From Tubulanus polymorphus (lineage: Eukaryota; Animalia; Nemertea), in the NCBI RefSeq assembly GCF_964204645.1, contig NC_134035.1, positions 11,130,451 to 11,194,450 of the forward strand: a stretch of 64,000 nt of DNA, written 5' to 3'. Made by a program: the position numbers and the translations under genes. How positions within the stretch are numbered: the stretch's first letter is position 1; every line of letters begins with the position of its first letter. Shown here piece after piece: positions 51,298-64,000 of this stretch. The notes beneath the pieces were generated by a model, which saw only the letters and a program-made list of their open reading frames with translations, made no database searches and was not told the origin of the DNA.

Positions 51298-51710
51298 TAG
51301 CAAGCAACGACACTTGTCCATGTTTGTAATGTTGAAGTTTCTTCATAAAGCCAGTCCCCCTCCTCACAGCGGGGCCTGACACAAAAGTTTCTGACCCCAG
51401 CTGGCCCATATCCAACTATGCTATGTACTTCTTGACTTCGATTAATCTCTTCTACTAGCCGTTGTTCCCCAAACAAGAAGAAGAAGTTGTAGGGAACCCG
51501 TAACAACGACTGGTATTGAGACTAGGTACCGTACTTCTACTACTCTACTGTACTTAGGACTACTGAGACCGTCCACTGTTTGTGTCAGGCCCGGCCATAG
51601 TGAGTAACCTGTCTGTGGTTTAGTTTCACGATCGGATATTTTCACAAACCACATGGTATAAGCCCATCTGATAATAAAAAGCTTACCACCAACGATTAGG
51701 TAACTAACTA
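51298..51710 (+). mobile_element. Probable 3' end of a LINE with (TAAC)n tail
   Basis: GC-richer segment ending in ..aataaaaagcttaccaccaacgattaggtaactaacta; its last ~100 nt recur at three other sites in the window. Confidence 0.55.
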
Positions 51711-51984
51711 GCCCAGCCAGTCCTCCCTGACCCTGTGCTCACTCCTATTAATCTTCCTATTCGCCTGTCTTCGGCTCAGGATCCAGTTTCATAATGATTA
51801 ACTCCTATAAAATCAAGATAACATGTAAAATGTATTCTTAGCCCTGAATAACTGAATTACGAGGTGGCCATCATCTCTTAGCTTTGATCAATTAATTTAA
51901 TCTCAGTTCTGTCAATCGCTTAAAGCTTATACGGTTTATTGACAAATCTAATTTTAAACATATCTTACAAACATTGATGTACAG

Positions 51985-52100
51985 CACAGGGGCTTGTCAC
52001 AATTTGATGGAGGCAGATGGATGATACCAGTAGGCCTATCCCTTTTCTTTTTAGGGATATGTTTCATCCATCCTCCACCAAATTGTGACAAGCCCCTCTG
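51985..52100. mobile_element. Palindromic MITE with 8-bp TSD (CACAGGG family)
   Basis: atgtacag|cacaggggcttgtcacaattt...aaattgtgacaagcccctctg|atgtacag. Confidence 0.85.
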
Positions 52101-53479
52101 ATGTACAGGAGGAACATAGGATGCATGTGCCCTTTTTGTCTACAAAGATAATCTGTGCAATGTAGGGAATATACCTAATACATGTATTGCCTTTGAAGGA
52201 TATCAAAGTATCCTTTTGGGATGTAACAAGTCCTTCAAAATTGGCCTCTGGATCAGCCCTGAAATAATATCCAGATTATATTGGTCTCTGATTTGACAGT
52301 ATGATTATTTTTGAACAGAAAATGTATGAAATGGATGAGAGATTCAGTTACAACCTCGAAAAAGTTAGAATAAACTTTTTATATCATCAACTGTGGGTTT
52401 CGCTTATCAACTTCGAAAACTTAGAATAGGCCTATATCACTTTTCCCAGTCACTTATGAAATACCAGTTAGTGTTATTATACAAAAGTTATTCACAATGT
52501 TTTAATGCAACTCTGTATTGATTCCCATTCAGAGTATTCTATGAGTTATTGCATGAGTCTGCGGCACTGGCTACAACCGCATTATTATTATTATTGCAAA
52601 ATCGCGATCACCTATTGAGACCCGAACGAATTTACTTTCCTTTTCATTAATAAACGCTACTTTTATTTAGCATCAATCAGGATTAATTGATCGCGGCGGT
52701 ATCGGCGAGATTGCCGCCGCCGTCATCGTCGTCGGTCCGGAGGAACTATTGATTTATCGCGATATGTCGTCTATGGTTACAGGTAGAATGTTTAACATCT
52801 CGCTGGCGTGTAGAGCTATCAACTACATCAACAATAGAGGACAGTCCGTAGTAATGATTGTATGTGACGCACAGCCACTGTTGAAAAGGCTAATTCATTG
52901 GGGTAAGTGTTTTGTATTATTGTTCGATATTGAATGAACACAATAATCTAAACCGATGTATCTAAATAGGTGAAGATGTCCCATTGTATATTTGAGGAAT
53001 TTACAGGAACCACAAAATATCAACTAGCTACTGATCATCAGCTTTAATGAAGTAGGCTAGTAGCATCTGAAGGTTCCAGTAGGCCTATTGTAAACAACAA
53101 GATTTCAATTGTTGCACTCTTCAATATTGTCCGAATCAACCAGATTAGGCAGTTTTGTATTTATAATTAGAATTGTTTGATTTGTATAAAATAGCCAACC
53201 CCTTAGCTCGATTGGTTTAGCTATAGAAATGCCTTTAAGCCAGTTTGATTATGATTAGGTTATGATCCGTAATCCTTAATTCGATGTTTGCCCAGGAATA
53301 AATCCTATTTATTTTTGTCGTAGTCCTTACAAAGTCAGAATCAGAAAATTTCTCTTTACTTTGTAGTTTTAAGAGAAGTGTGCGTTGATGGATCTCAACT
53401 AGAATAGTTAGGTGTCCAGGTCTTCTTGTTGCTCCTAGATTTGTTGTTGGTTTAGGAAATTCAGTAAAGTTTTCCATCA

Positions 53480-53714
53480 CCATTGATAAAACACTGGATC
53501 CGTGTTGTGACGATAAGATAACGAGAATCCCGCAATGATAATGAAGGACAAAGTCCGAAAATAATTTCTAGGGTCAGTAGTTTATTTGATTATATTCTAA
53601 AAGTCATCTTCAAGAATACTGAAGATGACTATTGGAATATAGTCAAAACGTTGAATAAACTACACTAGCTCTAGAAAATATTTTCAGACTTTATCGTCGT
53701 GGGATTCTCGTTAT
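53480..53714. mobile_element. Inverted Penelope-like end with hammerhead motif (second copy)
   Basis: ~100-bp arms around gtcatcttcaagaatactgaagatgac; plus arm CTGAAGAT-GACTAT-tggaat-ATAGTC-aAAACGTTGAATAAAC. Confidence 0.6.
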
Positions 53715-55628
53715 TTGATCAGTTTTCTATGTTGTTAAGTTGTAGCTTTTAAGAATTTCAATTTTCTATGCATATGTATACACAGTGTTTCTAGAAGTCA
53801 AGTTTCAATGAATTCATATCTATTTAAGGGCGATTATTTCAGGTCTAGTCGTTGCTCGGTTTATGGCGTTTTCCCATAGATTTAGTACGTTTTACGATTT
53901 CAATTTTCTATCTTCACGCGTAAATACAGATTGAAAAGCGTTTTCGAGTATGAATATAACGACTTAATCCCGGCGGCGATTTATGGCCGACGAAAACGAT
54001 CTTCAGGCACGAACGTCTAATTGGAATTCGCGGTCGATCGAACAAGCGTAGAATGACTTAATCCACCTGTGTTTCAATTCAGGTGTATGCTATGCACTGA
54101 TATCTGATTCCTATTTATTTACACAGGGTATTAAGCGGTTCTGGTCAATTAAACACGTGCGAACAATAGCTATTTTGTAAGAACCGCTGAAAGAAAGTGT
54201 CATTCTATATTCTTTAAGCATATATATATATATACGCAGTGCATAGAACTACGGTGAATTCCAGAGTTTTATATGTTATTTAATGTAAATAACTTTTCGA
54301 CAATAGTAGCACTTGTTAGGCTGTCATCAGATATAGGTTATCGGGCAGACGGACGTTTCATTTGCGGATCGTTTTTTAAAGCCCGTTTCGATTACAGAAA
54401 ACAAACCGTATTTCGATAGCTCGTAAAGGGGTCGTTAATCAAAAATCACCGAGACTTGATCAGCGCTTTATTCGGCGTGAAAGGATATACTTCGCGGGCG
54501 TTCTTAAGATACAACTCATTAGCGATCGCGAACAACGACGATTTTGTGCGGATATTACGTTTTAATTTGTATGAATCGACGGATAATTCGATGAGGAAAA
54601 AACCCATTAATCTTGATCGATGTGAGTACGACGGAAATTCTATTTATTCAAATACTGTAGGAGGGCTCTCGTTGTGAAGACTGACTCGACATTTCATTAA
54701 ACATTCTACTGTGTTCCGTTAAGCCTGCCGCACTTGAAATCTGAGAAACAGGTCCACTGAACTGAGTTAAATTTGAGTCAATAGAGTATAAACTTAATCA
54801 ATTTCAGGGTCAGATCCGAGGGGAGGTGACGTAAAATATCAACCCTGAAATTTTACGAGAAAAATATTGTATTGATACCTAAAAAAAGTTTAAATTCAAA
54901 AGGTTGTTCTCTGTATTTCCAAAAATGAGTGAATGTTTTCCGATAAGCTCTCTTCGGGGTGTCCTTTTATGCCCTATTTTGGGGTAGCACCCCCCCCCCC
55001 CCGAATAAGAACCTAGATCTGCCCCTGAATTTTCGATTTTGTTTACTGGAGATTTCTTATTAATACACTCAGATCGATGGCGTTGAGAGGATTGAACTAT
55101 TTTTGATTGTACAAGAACCAATCTTGATTTGATATTTGTATATATACGTGATATTTTTCTTTATCAGTAAGTTTATTAGTCACTACACCTGTCTGTGGTT
55201 TAGTTTCAGTAAAGATTGGATATTTTCACAAACCCATCCAATTATAAAAGCTTACCACCAATGATTAGGTAAATAACTGCAGTATATGTATTTGCTTTTG
55301 TAATTGAAGAGAGTTATGTAAAACTAGCTGGGTAAAGCCAGGTTTTTTATCAGGTAATTACTGATTATTTTGTTGATTGATACAATAGTACATTGACTCC
55401 TAGATTGGCATTAGTATGCGCTGGTTATAATCGATATTCGTGATATTTCTTATAAACATTATCTGCTTTACTTTTATTTTACATTATTCAACCCCTTCAT
55501 GTCTAGGGAATCCCACAATAATAACAATAAAAATTTAAATTCACCGAGTATATATATATATTGATCATATATTTTTTTTTCAGGATGATATGAGCAATCT
55601 TCGATCTTAATCCAAGTCGGAAAAAAAT

Positions 55629-58600
55629 ATGGCGTCTACGTTAGCGATGAGTTGCCCGGCTGAGACCCCTAAGGGCTCGGAACTGAAGTACACAGCCGAT
55701 ATCGATATACTGGACCGGGGCGACGCTCCGGCCAAAGCGGTCATCGTAAAGAACGAACGCAATCTAGCGCAGAGAGCGGCCGACGAAACCAGAGAAGAAC
55801 TTCACAAAGTTATGAAACGTGTTGATCATGTAAGTTGAATTCTGTCTGATAGCGGATAAAGTGAAGTTTTATGGGTTAGAGGCTTCGATAAGATGGCTAT
55901 ATTGATTAATGTTGAAATATTCATTTGCTCTTGAAGTTATGTCCTTATCTTTGAGTCCATTGCAAGTCCTGAAATATCATTTTCCAACCTGTAAAAATGA
56001 ATTGTCTTGAAATTCGAGTTTTTTACCCAGGGGGGTATTTAGTGGGGAGATCTTCATCAGGAGGATTTTTGCCTTGTGGGATTTTTGGGGGAGGTGGGCA
56101 TTATTGTCTATTCATTTGTCAAGATACTCCAGCCAATAACTTGCTGAAATTATGCTTTTAATCGGATCCCTTTTCTTGAGATTATGTGAGAAGAATTGAT
56201 TAAATTCTGATTACAGATTTATGGAACTTTCGAACTGCAGACTCAGTTAGGCGGTGTTACCAGAGGAAACATGGAGTATATATCTGATATTGTAAGTAAA
56301 ATAGAATTGTCAAATCGTAATACAGATTTGTAGCTTTAGCCGCGATCACACAAAGCATTTCTCAATGTTAGGGGCAACTGGAAGACATTATCAAAGACAA
56401 TGTGAAGAAGAAGAAATACCAGCAACAAGTGACCATATTCATTGTCGGATACGAAAACATATGTACGAAAAAATTGCAGCTTCTACAACAAATAAATGAA
56501 GTAATGTTTTTGTTTTTGTGAATTTTCCAACTAATGACAATTGTGCAACATTCCCTCACAGGGATTTGTCACAATTGATAGTAAATGAATAAAACCAATA
56601 TCAATGACCAAATCCCTGTATAATAAAAAAACGTTTTTTTATTATACAGGGATACTGGAGTTGGTCATTGATACTGGTTTAATTCATTTGCTATCAATCG
56701 TGACAAGTCCCTGTGCATTCCGTAAAGCGATTAAAAGAGTTGATTATAGCTGCTAAGCAGCGATAACAGGTTTTCTGCATCATCATTGATATGCAAATCA
56801 TTGGAAATTATAGATAGAAATTAAAAATTGTCAGGGTTTCGAAACCTGATATGACTGGTACAATAACGTCAACGTATTACACCGCAATAATTAAGACGCG
56901 ACAAATTACTTTCGTTATGAACAGGCACTATTAGACCTTTACAAACTTGTACAAATTACTTTAGACCCCTGGGGCATGAACCGAAGGGTCAATCGAAATC
57001 AAGACTTGGAATCTGTGGGTATGGGGCTGAAGTAAAATCCTAGAATATCTGGTAGAAATTCGTTTAAAGGAGTTTAGGAACCTTAGGCTTTAGTGACTTA
57101 AAGAGATAAGCTGTTTGGTTTTCCTGTGAAAAAGCAGAAATCCCTAACTCATTTGCAACATAGATGAAATTGTTATTGATATTTCGCGTGTTTTGCTCGT
57201 TTAAAGTTTTTCATGGAGAACGGGAATAAACTGGAAGACGATGATACGGCGTATACCACATCTCCCGACGTCGATATGGACGACGTTTCGAACGCGATTG
57301 AAGAATCGATCGAATACACTGAGATTCTCATTCATCGAGTCGGTCAGATTAATAAAGACATCGTCGAGTGTTTGGCAAACTACGCTCAAAACAAAGCCGG
57401 CAGCAAGTACGTGTTTTACATAATAATTGAAATGATTTTCTAAGTATGTTCTAAAATAAGAAACGGAATCCAGTTATAGATATTGTGATATCAATGGATA
57501 TGTTTCGAATCCAAAACCTTTAACCCTTTCAGTGCTGACTTATTGATATCCGAAAGTGCTGGAGATAATTTGAAAAATTCTAAAAATTCTACCCCAGTGA
57601 ATTGAATAACGGGAATACCACTATAGTGCGTCTACCGCGGTTAGTTACTGATATTTCGCTATACTTGACTGGTGCTGCTATCTTTCAATAAAGATAAAAA
57701 CTAATAGCTAATAACGTCAATATTACTAGCATCCATAAGTCTATTGGTAATTTGTACACCACAATGTGGTGTAGCTGCACTGAAAGGATTAAAGAGTTTT
57801 AAAGCTAAAGCTAGTTTTGCTTACCTAAAAAATGCACTCAAAACCTGTTTCACAACAGAAATTTCTCTAAGTGGCCATAAGACATTTTTCCAGTTTTCAT
57901 CACTTTTTGCGAGGATTCAGATTTGGCTTTGGTCTGAAATAAATGATAATTAACTAATCAAGCTGATGCCATAGTCAATTAGATTCTACCCTATTCGATT
58001 GAACTGGATCCCGTTTCGTACATTTAACATTAAAATTTTCGTTGGGATTTGAAATATCGCATGATTATTATAAATGTACATAATTGATAAAGCATGATTT
58101 TACAAATCTATCTCTTCGTGTGTGTATGTATTGTGTTGTCAGTCTTGCTACAATTCCTAAAGATCAAAGGTACCGTGAAACGATGTTTATAGCAATATGT
58201 AATACATATTTTTATCATAAAGTTTTTGTTAGCGGCTAATGTCAAATGTTGCCCCCCTCGAAGGTGTGAAAATTTGTCGTTTGACACTTATTGTCGAAAT
58301 TACCAATGTTTGAGACAAATTTAAGAAAACTTAATTGGGTCCAGGGACCCGCTTCATAGTCAAGACTTAAGTCCAAAAATGATCTCAAATCATAAGACCG
58401 TTTTTAAGTTGATAGCATGACTATAGACCTAAGATGGTCTTAAATCTAAGGCATGACTATGGAAACTGGCCCAAGTCACTCAAGATTGTTTCAAGTTACC
58501 CATAAAAAATACCATCTAAATAACACTAGAATCTTATTTGTCATTATGTCAGTAATCCAGTTCTACAGTTGTGAGTTAAGATTTGACTCTGAGTTAACTC

Positions 58601-61600
58601 CAACTTGCGACTATGGAACTGGATCCTGATCAACTGGTGTCTGTATGTATGAAATTGAAACACCCTGAAACATCTCTAAGTAGAACGTAGAACATTGATT
58701 ACATTAGATCACTTCTTTCGTGCGAATCAGTTGGACAGTTTTTACTATTCCCCAACTTGTAGTTAAAAAACATAGACCTGGCTTTACATCCCGCGTGCTG
58801 GTAGTTTGTCGTAGGATAGTAATACACCTCAGAAAGTTTAATGAATACATGCGACGATTTGTCAATTCTAGAGTAATCAATAAACGTTAAAACAAATAGT
58901 ACTATGAAGGTTAACTAGATTTAATTGAAATACAAGCTTTCGCTACTACTGCGCTTCATCGGGTGAATGAGTGTTTCATAGTAGTTAAAGCTTGTACTTC
59001 AAATGAATCTAGTTTACCTTCAAAGCACTATTTGCCTTTACGTTTATTGAGTTACAGGTTAATACAGGTTGATAATAAAGATAACTTTACTTAATTCTGA
59101 TAGAGGCAGGAGGAAGTTAGAAAAAGCTCTTCAACAAACGAAAGATGAACTCGCAAGCCTCAGTGAAAGATTAATGACCGCTCAAACAGGTAGGTTCATT
59201 TCGGCCATTTAGCTCTCAATCATTTCATACGACATTTGAAACTATTATTTGTTATCCGGTGTGCGGTGGTGCTTTCGTCATTTTCCAGAGGTCGACCAGA
59301 AAGAGGAGAAAATTCAACAGATGTTCAAACAGTTGGATATGAAGAATATGGAATGTCAGAGATACAAATCGGCCGCAGAAGCAGCCAAGGTAAATTGACA
59401 AGCTACGAGTTAAAGAAAATTTAATATCGACGAGCACGTGCGTAAACAAATACTTGTGTTTATTGTGTTTATGCACTGGGAACCTGACTCTTCTTGAGAT
59501 GATTGCTTGTAGCCCAACGAGCCCAACTACCCTACCATTCGTTTTATGAAACTATGAGCTTCTTGTTCTTTTGATGGTTATTTAAATGATGAGGCCTTTT
59601 GGAATGCGTATATGCCTGTATCATTGATATGAGTTCACAATAAGCTTCTGGTAGAATCTCTTTGTTGATGTCATTGATAGTGAGAAAGTTACCGGCATTT
59701 CATAATGAATAATAAATATATGATACGCAGTCATCATTATACTATTGTCATTGTAGAAAGGAGTTGAAGATTCGGTGCAAGCTCGTAACCAGAAAGAAGA
59801 CAAGATTCGAACGCTACAACGTACGATTGATGAGATACAGTTCGATAACGTACAAGCAGCTCAGGAACGAGAACAGAATATTAGTAAATTACTGAAAGAA
59901 AAGCAGGAAACGCAGGTTTGTGTGTTCGTTCTTATAACAACAACCGTAAGACAAACGACCATCAGAGTTGGCTTCTTCATCCGGCTATGTATAAGCAGAT
60001 CTAGATTGAGATTTCGTTATATATCTCGTTGTGAATCATTTGGGGCTGATGAATCAAATCTGGTTTATAAGAAATCTGAATTTCAATGTCGGTAATGGTG
60101 CAATTTTCATTCTTAATAGAATCAAACTTTGGGTATAGATGTATGGATTAAAATATGGATTTAATTGATCCAAACATAGCGGTTTAACTGATCTTTGATT
60201 TTTGAGGTTGTCAATAGTTAGTCCGATGTGAACGAACCTATGTGCTAAGCTTTTCTCTTTGAAACTTATTTTCAGTTCTCCTACTAAAAAACAGTTGCTT
60301 TTTACTTTGATTATAGAATGCTATAGTTGAACTGGAAAATCAGGCAGTTTTTCAAACGATGCAAACAGAACACCAAAGACGAGGTAAGATTCGAAGCATA
60401 TTTTTGCGTTTTTGCTGATGATATAGAATTCCATGGTGCAAGTAATCAATTTTGAAACTGAAAATGTGTATTGTGTGTCTCACTATAACTGCTATTTCTG
60501 AATCTTTGCGAAGCCTGCAGTGTTGGAATCTGAAAATAGGAACATTCACCTAGGGCTGCTTCAAACGGGCTTGTGAACGAATCACTTGCACCGTGTGTCA
60601 GTGAAACACTTTGCTGCCATCTGACGTTAATATTCTATACTTTTAAATACTTTTAAATGATTTATTGTCTCGTGTTGCACCTGATATTCATGATATGTAC
60701 TCACTACTACTACGTACTACTAACGCTGCCTGTCTGTTTTCATACACTAACACCAGGGGGCACTCTGTCTGCGGATGCTGCATGTACGTATAATGATTAT
60801 CGACCTCATGTTATCCTACCCTTCGATGTCATATTTTAATCATTGTTCTTTTCAAAATAGAATTTCGATAGTAGTAACCTATCTTATGAGATATTGATAA
60901 TTATAAAAAGTAGCGTTAAAAATGTTTTTTAAATCATGAATTTTGTTAAGATTTTCTATTTATTTTCATTCCCAGAACAATCAAAATTTTCCTATTTAAA
61001 AGTGTAAATTAATTTGTTTATTTATTATCATATATGATCCTCAATTGATTTTATCCTTCCAAATATTCATTCCTTTATTCATAGAAATATTTAGAAGTAG
61101 ATTGTTAATGCATTGTATTAGTGCTGCGGTCTCATCAACTCTTTTCATCGCAGGCTGAATTTGGTCAGAAACATTGCAATCTTTTTCAAATGAAACAAAT
61201 AGACCAATAAAACCAAAAACAAATTAGTACACTTCAATACCAGAATAGAACGATTCTAGAGTGGCGATCACACAGATGATTTTTTTCCTGGTTCATACTG
61301 GTACGGACCAGGCCTGATTCATTACTTGTGCAGAGATTAGATTAGAGAGCGCGTTCACATGTAAATCAATTCTTTACAAAGTTATTATTAAAATGATGCT
61401 GTGACAAGTTGCTTCCAGAACCATTCATTCACGCGGAATAATTTGTGCTAAAATCTGGTACAGGCTTAGAATGACCAAAAATATTGGTCCAGGGTCCAGT
61501 TGCACAGTTGTGACTTAAGTCCAAAAATGGTCTTAAATCTTAAGACCAGTCTTAAGTTGTTAGATTGGCTATAGAACTAAGTTGGTCTTAGACTGGTCTT

Positions 61601-62091
61601 AAGTCTAAGCCATGACTATGCAACCGACCCCAGGTCTGTACTTATTACGCTTTCAATTTCGGCTGAATTGCTTCGCGACGATATATAGAGAATCTAGCGC
61701 TATTAGAACGAGAAAGATTTATTCTGAAAAGTTTCCTTTAAGCTAATAATTTATTGATTAGATGTTTTGACTATAACCTAATAGTCATCTTCAGGAATAC
61801 GAATAGGTTATCAATGAAACGTTGAATCAAAACTTTTCGGACTTCATCTTTCTCATTATATCAGTGTGCGATTCTCTATATTGTCACGACACGGAAATAG
61901 CGTTTCATCAATGGTTTAGCTGTAACTTTGAATGAAATGGTGATCTTTATCCGCTTTTCATCCTGATTCGAATATTATTTACAGATCTGGTTTTGATGCA
62001 CGAGCATCAAGTCGATCAACTGAAGTCTGAACACAAGAAAGTCGTCACCGAAGTCAAGGACTCGTATCAAAAAGAAATTCTTCAGCTTAAC
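55629..62091 (+). CDS. Coiled-coil protein with FAM186-like N-terminus; 3' part unresolved or beyond the window
   Basis: Phase-consistent exons 55629-55829, 56217-56291, 56372-56500, 57207-57406, 58143-58169, 59104-59189, 59289-59389, 59757-59915, 60317-60383, 61985-62091; heptad-rich E/K/Q sequence. KAVIVKNERNLAQRAADETREELHKVMKRVDHI recalls the FAM186 N-terminal helix (from memory, weak). Confidence 0.7.
56557..56715. mobile_element. Foldback MITE with near-perfect 8-bp TSD (CACAGGG family)
   Basis: cattccct|cacagggatttgtcacaattgatag...ctatcaatcgtgacaagtccctgtg|cattccgt. Confidence 0.85.
58874..59054. repeat. Degenerate foldback palindrome (old MITE)
   Basis: tcaataaacgt..aaatagtactatgaaggttaactagatt..tacaagcttt versus aaagcttgta..aatctagtttaccttcaaagcactattt..acgtttattga. 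Confidence 0.75.
61725..61915. mobile_element. Penelope-like inverted end (third copy, decayed)
   Basis: Minus strand tattcCTGAAGAT-GACTAT-taggtt-ATAGTC-aAAACatc; flank ttgtcacgacacgg..catcaatggt matches the reverse complement of ~53480-53511. Confidence 0.55.
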
Positions 62092-64000
62092 GTAAGTTCG
62101 ATGTTTTAGTAACAATCAACATCAGATTGATGTGAAAATTGTGCTGATGAATTGTGAGAAAATGTGAATGATTTGAAAAATAATGAAAATGTATGAATAT
62201 TTCAATTAATATATTCATCAAAATATCTTGATTCCTTTTGGTACATTGTAGAGGTCAGAATTTATGCATAAATTGATAAGTTGAATAAGTTAATTTTATC
62301 TAAACACAGTTTGATGAGGAATTACTTTCATTATTGTATCTTGACGTAAAGAAAAGTCAGGAAAAATTTGAAAAATCCTGGTATATAGCCGGAAGTTATG
62401 AAAAAAATGTGAAAAAGCCAATTTTATCAGCTGATATTAATAAATGCAAAAATTCCTATCGGACACATGTAAGACATTTCCATCTCTGACCCTACTAAGC
62501 ACCACTTAGGGCAATATAACCAGCTTTCGAGGTTTCATTTTCCCGTTAAAGGGGTAAAGGCCAGGAAAGTGCCATCTACCAAGACTTATCAGACGATCAG
62601 ACATCTGCAACAGTTACCACCAGATCATGCCATCGGCGCGTTCATAATAGATCATGTTCTATGAAATAGGGTTAAGAAAGAGAGAAAAAAATCTTCCATA
62701 ACTTCGATAGCTGCGATCTTAGAAATCTAACCGAAACCAATCAATGGAGACGTAGTTTCCTGTTTGCGTAATACGAGTGGATTGCAGATTTCTCTATAAC
62801 TCATAACTGCAGTTGAAGGCTTTATAAATACGTTTCCCCGTCGCGGCAAAACTCTCCGTAATAATTTACCTGGTTGTTAAAGTTTATTATCAAACGGGGC
62901 CATTACGAGACGCGTTAATCCCGCCTGTTTCTGTGGTAACGTGAACGAAGTCGATGGTACGTTCATTGTTGCAGTGAGTGTGTTACCGTGTAATCGATTG
63001 TTAACGCTGACAAGTCCGCGATAATTCACGACCGACGACAAAGTCCGCGGTAATTCACCGGCGATGACAAACACATCGAGGAAATATTTTTATTATTTTC
63101 GCTTAATTGGATTTTTAGTGTTCGTTAACCACCATCGAAGGTAGATATCGATTATATGAGCTGCGTTCACATTATCACTGGTTACTGGGTAGTCCGTTTT
63201 TATTTGGCCTGTACCTGGAACCGAACAGACCAAATCAGTGCTGTGCATTCACGCATTTTTTAAAATCAGTTGTTATCACTGGCCCAGACCGAGTCTCTTG
63301 GTTTAGTCAAAGGTTCTTCTTTGGCCTCCCACCTGGATTAGGAGAAAGAAACCTCGATCCTAGTCGGCGCTCTGCGTGGTGGTGGATAAATGAAAGTATG
63401 ATCTATATTTGGAAAATGAGCTAAATAGGTTCAGCCATTGGATGGCATTGAGTACCGCCATTAGTGCGCGGATCTTATTTATACATGTATTTGATTAGGT
63501 AGTTTGCATTATCAGGACAAATCTAAATAGTTTTGTTTATGAGTTGAATCGAGTATTATAGTTGTCTAAGTAAGGTTGTGTCCACACAATCGAGCCCTGA
63601 ACATATGATATCTATATCTACTAATCATCTCGCCACATGAAATATATCTAAGTCAACCGGCCATTTCATTTCTGGTCCGTCCGATTCGTCATTCCATTAA
63701 TAGCCCTCGTTCTCTAATGACCCACACCCCACAACGGTGCCGTCGAAGTACTGGTATATAGGCCTATTTATGCTCTATGATCAGTCACAATGCAATGCGT
63801 GGAACTAATTTCGAGAAATACGCTATTTCAATAAGCGCTGTGTATAAGGCAATCGCATTTAACGACAGGCCGTTAACAGTTACGCGTTGAACAATTGTAT
63901 AAACTCGGATATCAATTATGGGAATTTAGAAATTGATTCGTTTTTATGATTCAGTTATCGGAGTTCTGAGTTCTACCAAGTTTTAGTTCGGTTCCAGTTA

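Noticed and set aside
62877-63074. 65-aa minus-strand ORF in a CpG-rich island
   Set aside because: No motif or partner exons found; it might be a UTR or first exon but cannot be supported.

Overview
Eukaryotic, AT-rich, intron-rich animal (invertebrate) genomic DNA; the species cannot be fixed from the sequence. By manual splicing I reconstruct ERGIC2 (-, 10 coding exons, 399 aa), a RAD51AP1/NUCKS-family gene (+, 10 exons, ~493 aa) and MED18 (-, 7 exons, 210 aa, last intron U12-type). Also present: part of a rolling-stone-like gene, a FAM186-like coiled-coil gene running towards the right edge, and a birth-and-death cluster of intronless rhodopsin-type GPCRs. Transposon relics are abundant: Ty3/gypsy fragments, a solo LTR, LINE 3' ends, a SINE, several MITE families and Penelope-type inverted ends with decayed hammerhead-ribozyme motifs. 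The most striking item is largely missed by the ORF track: a tandemly duplicated pair of tiny spliced genes (24026-24327 and 27046-27485) encoding secreted signal/acidic-pro/mature cysteine-rich peptides. The mature peptides resemble sea-anemone beta-defensin-fold neurotoxins (APETx/BDS type) but have a compacted CxC...CC-x6-CC framework, and they diverge much faster than their flanks. This is a candidate new toxin or antimicrobial peptide family.
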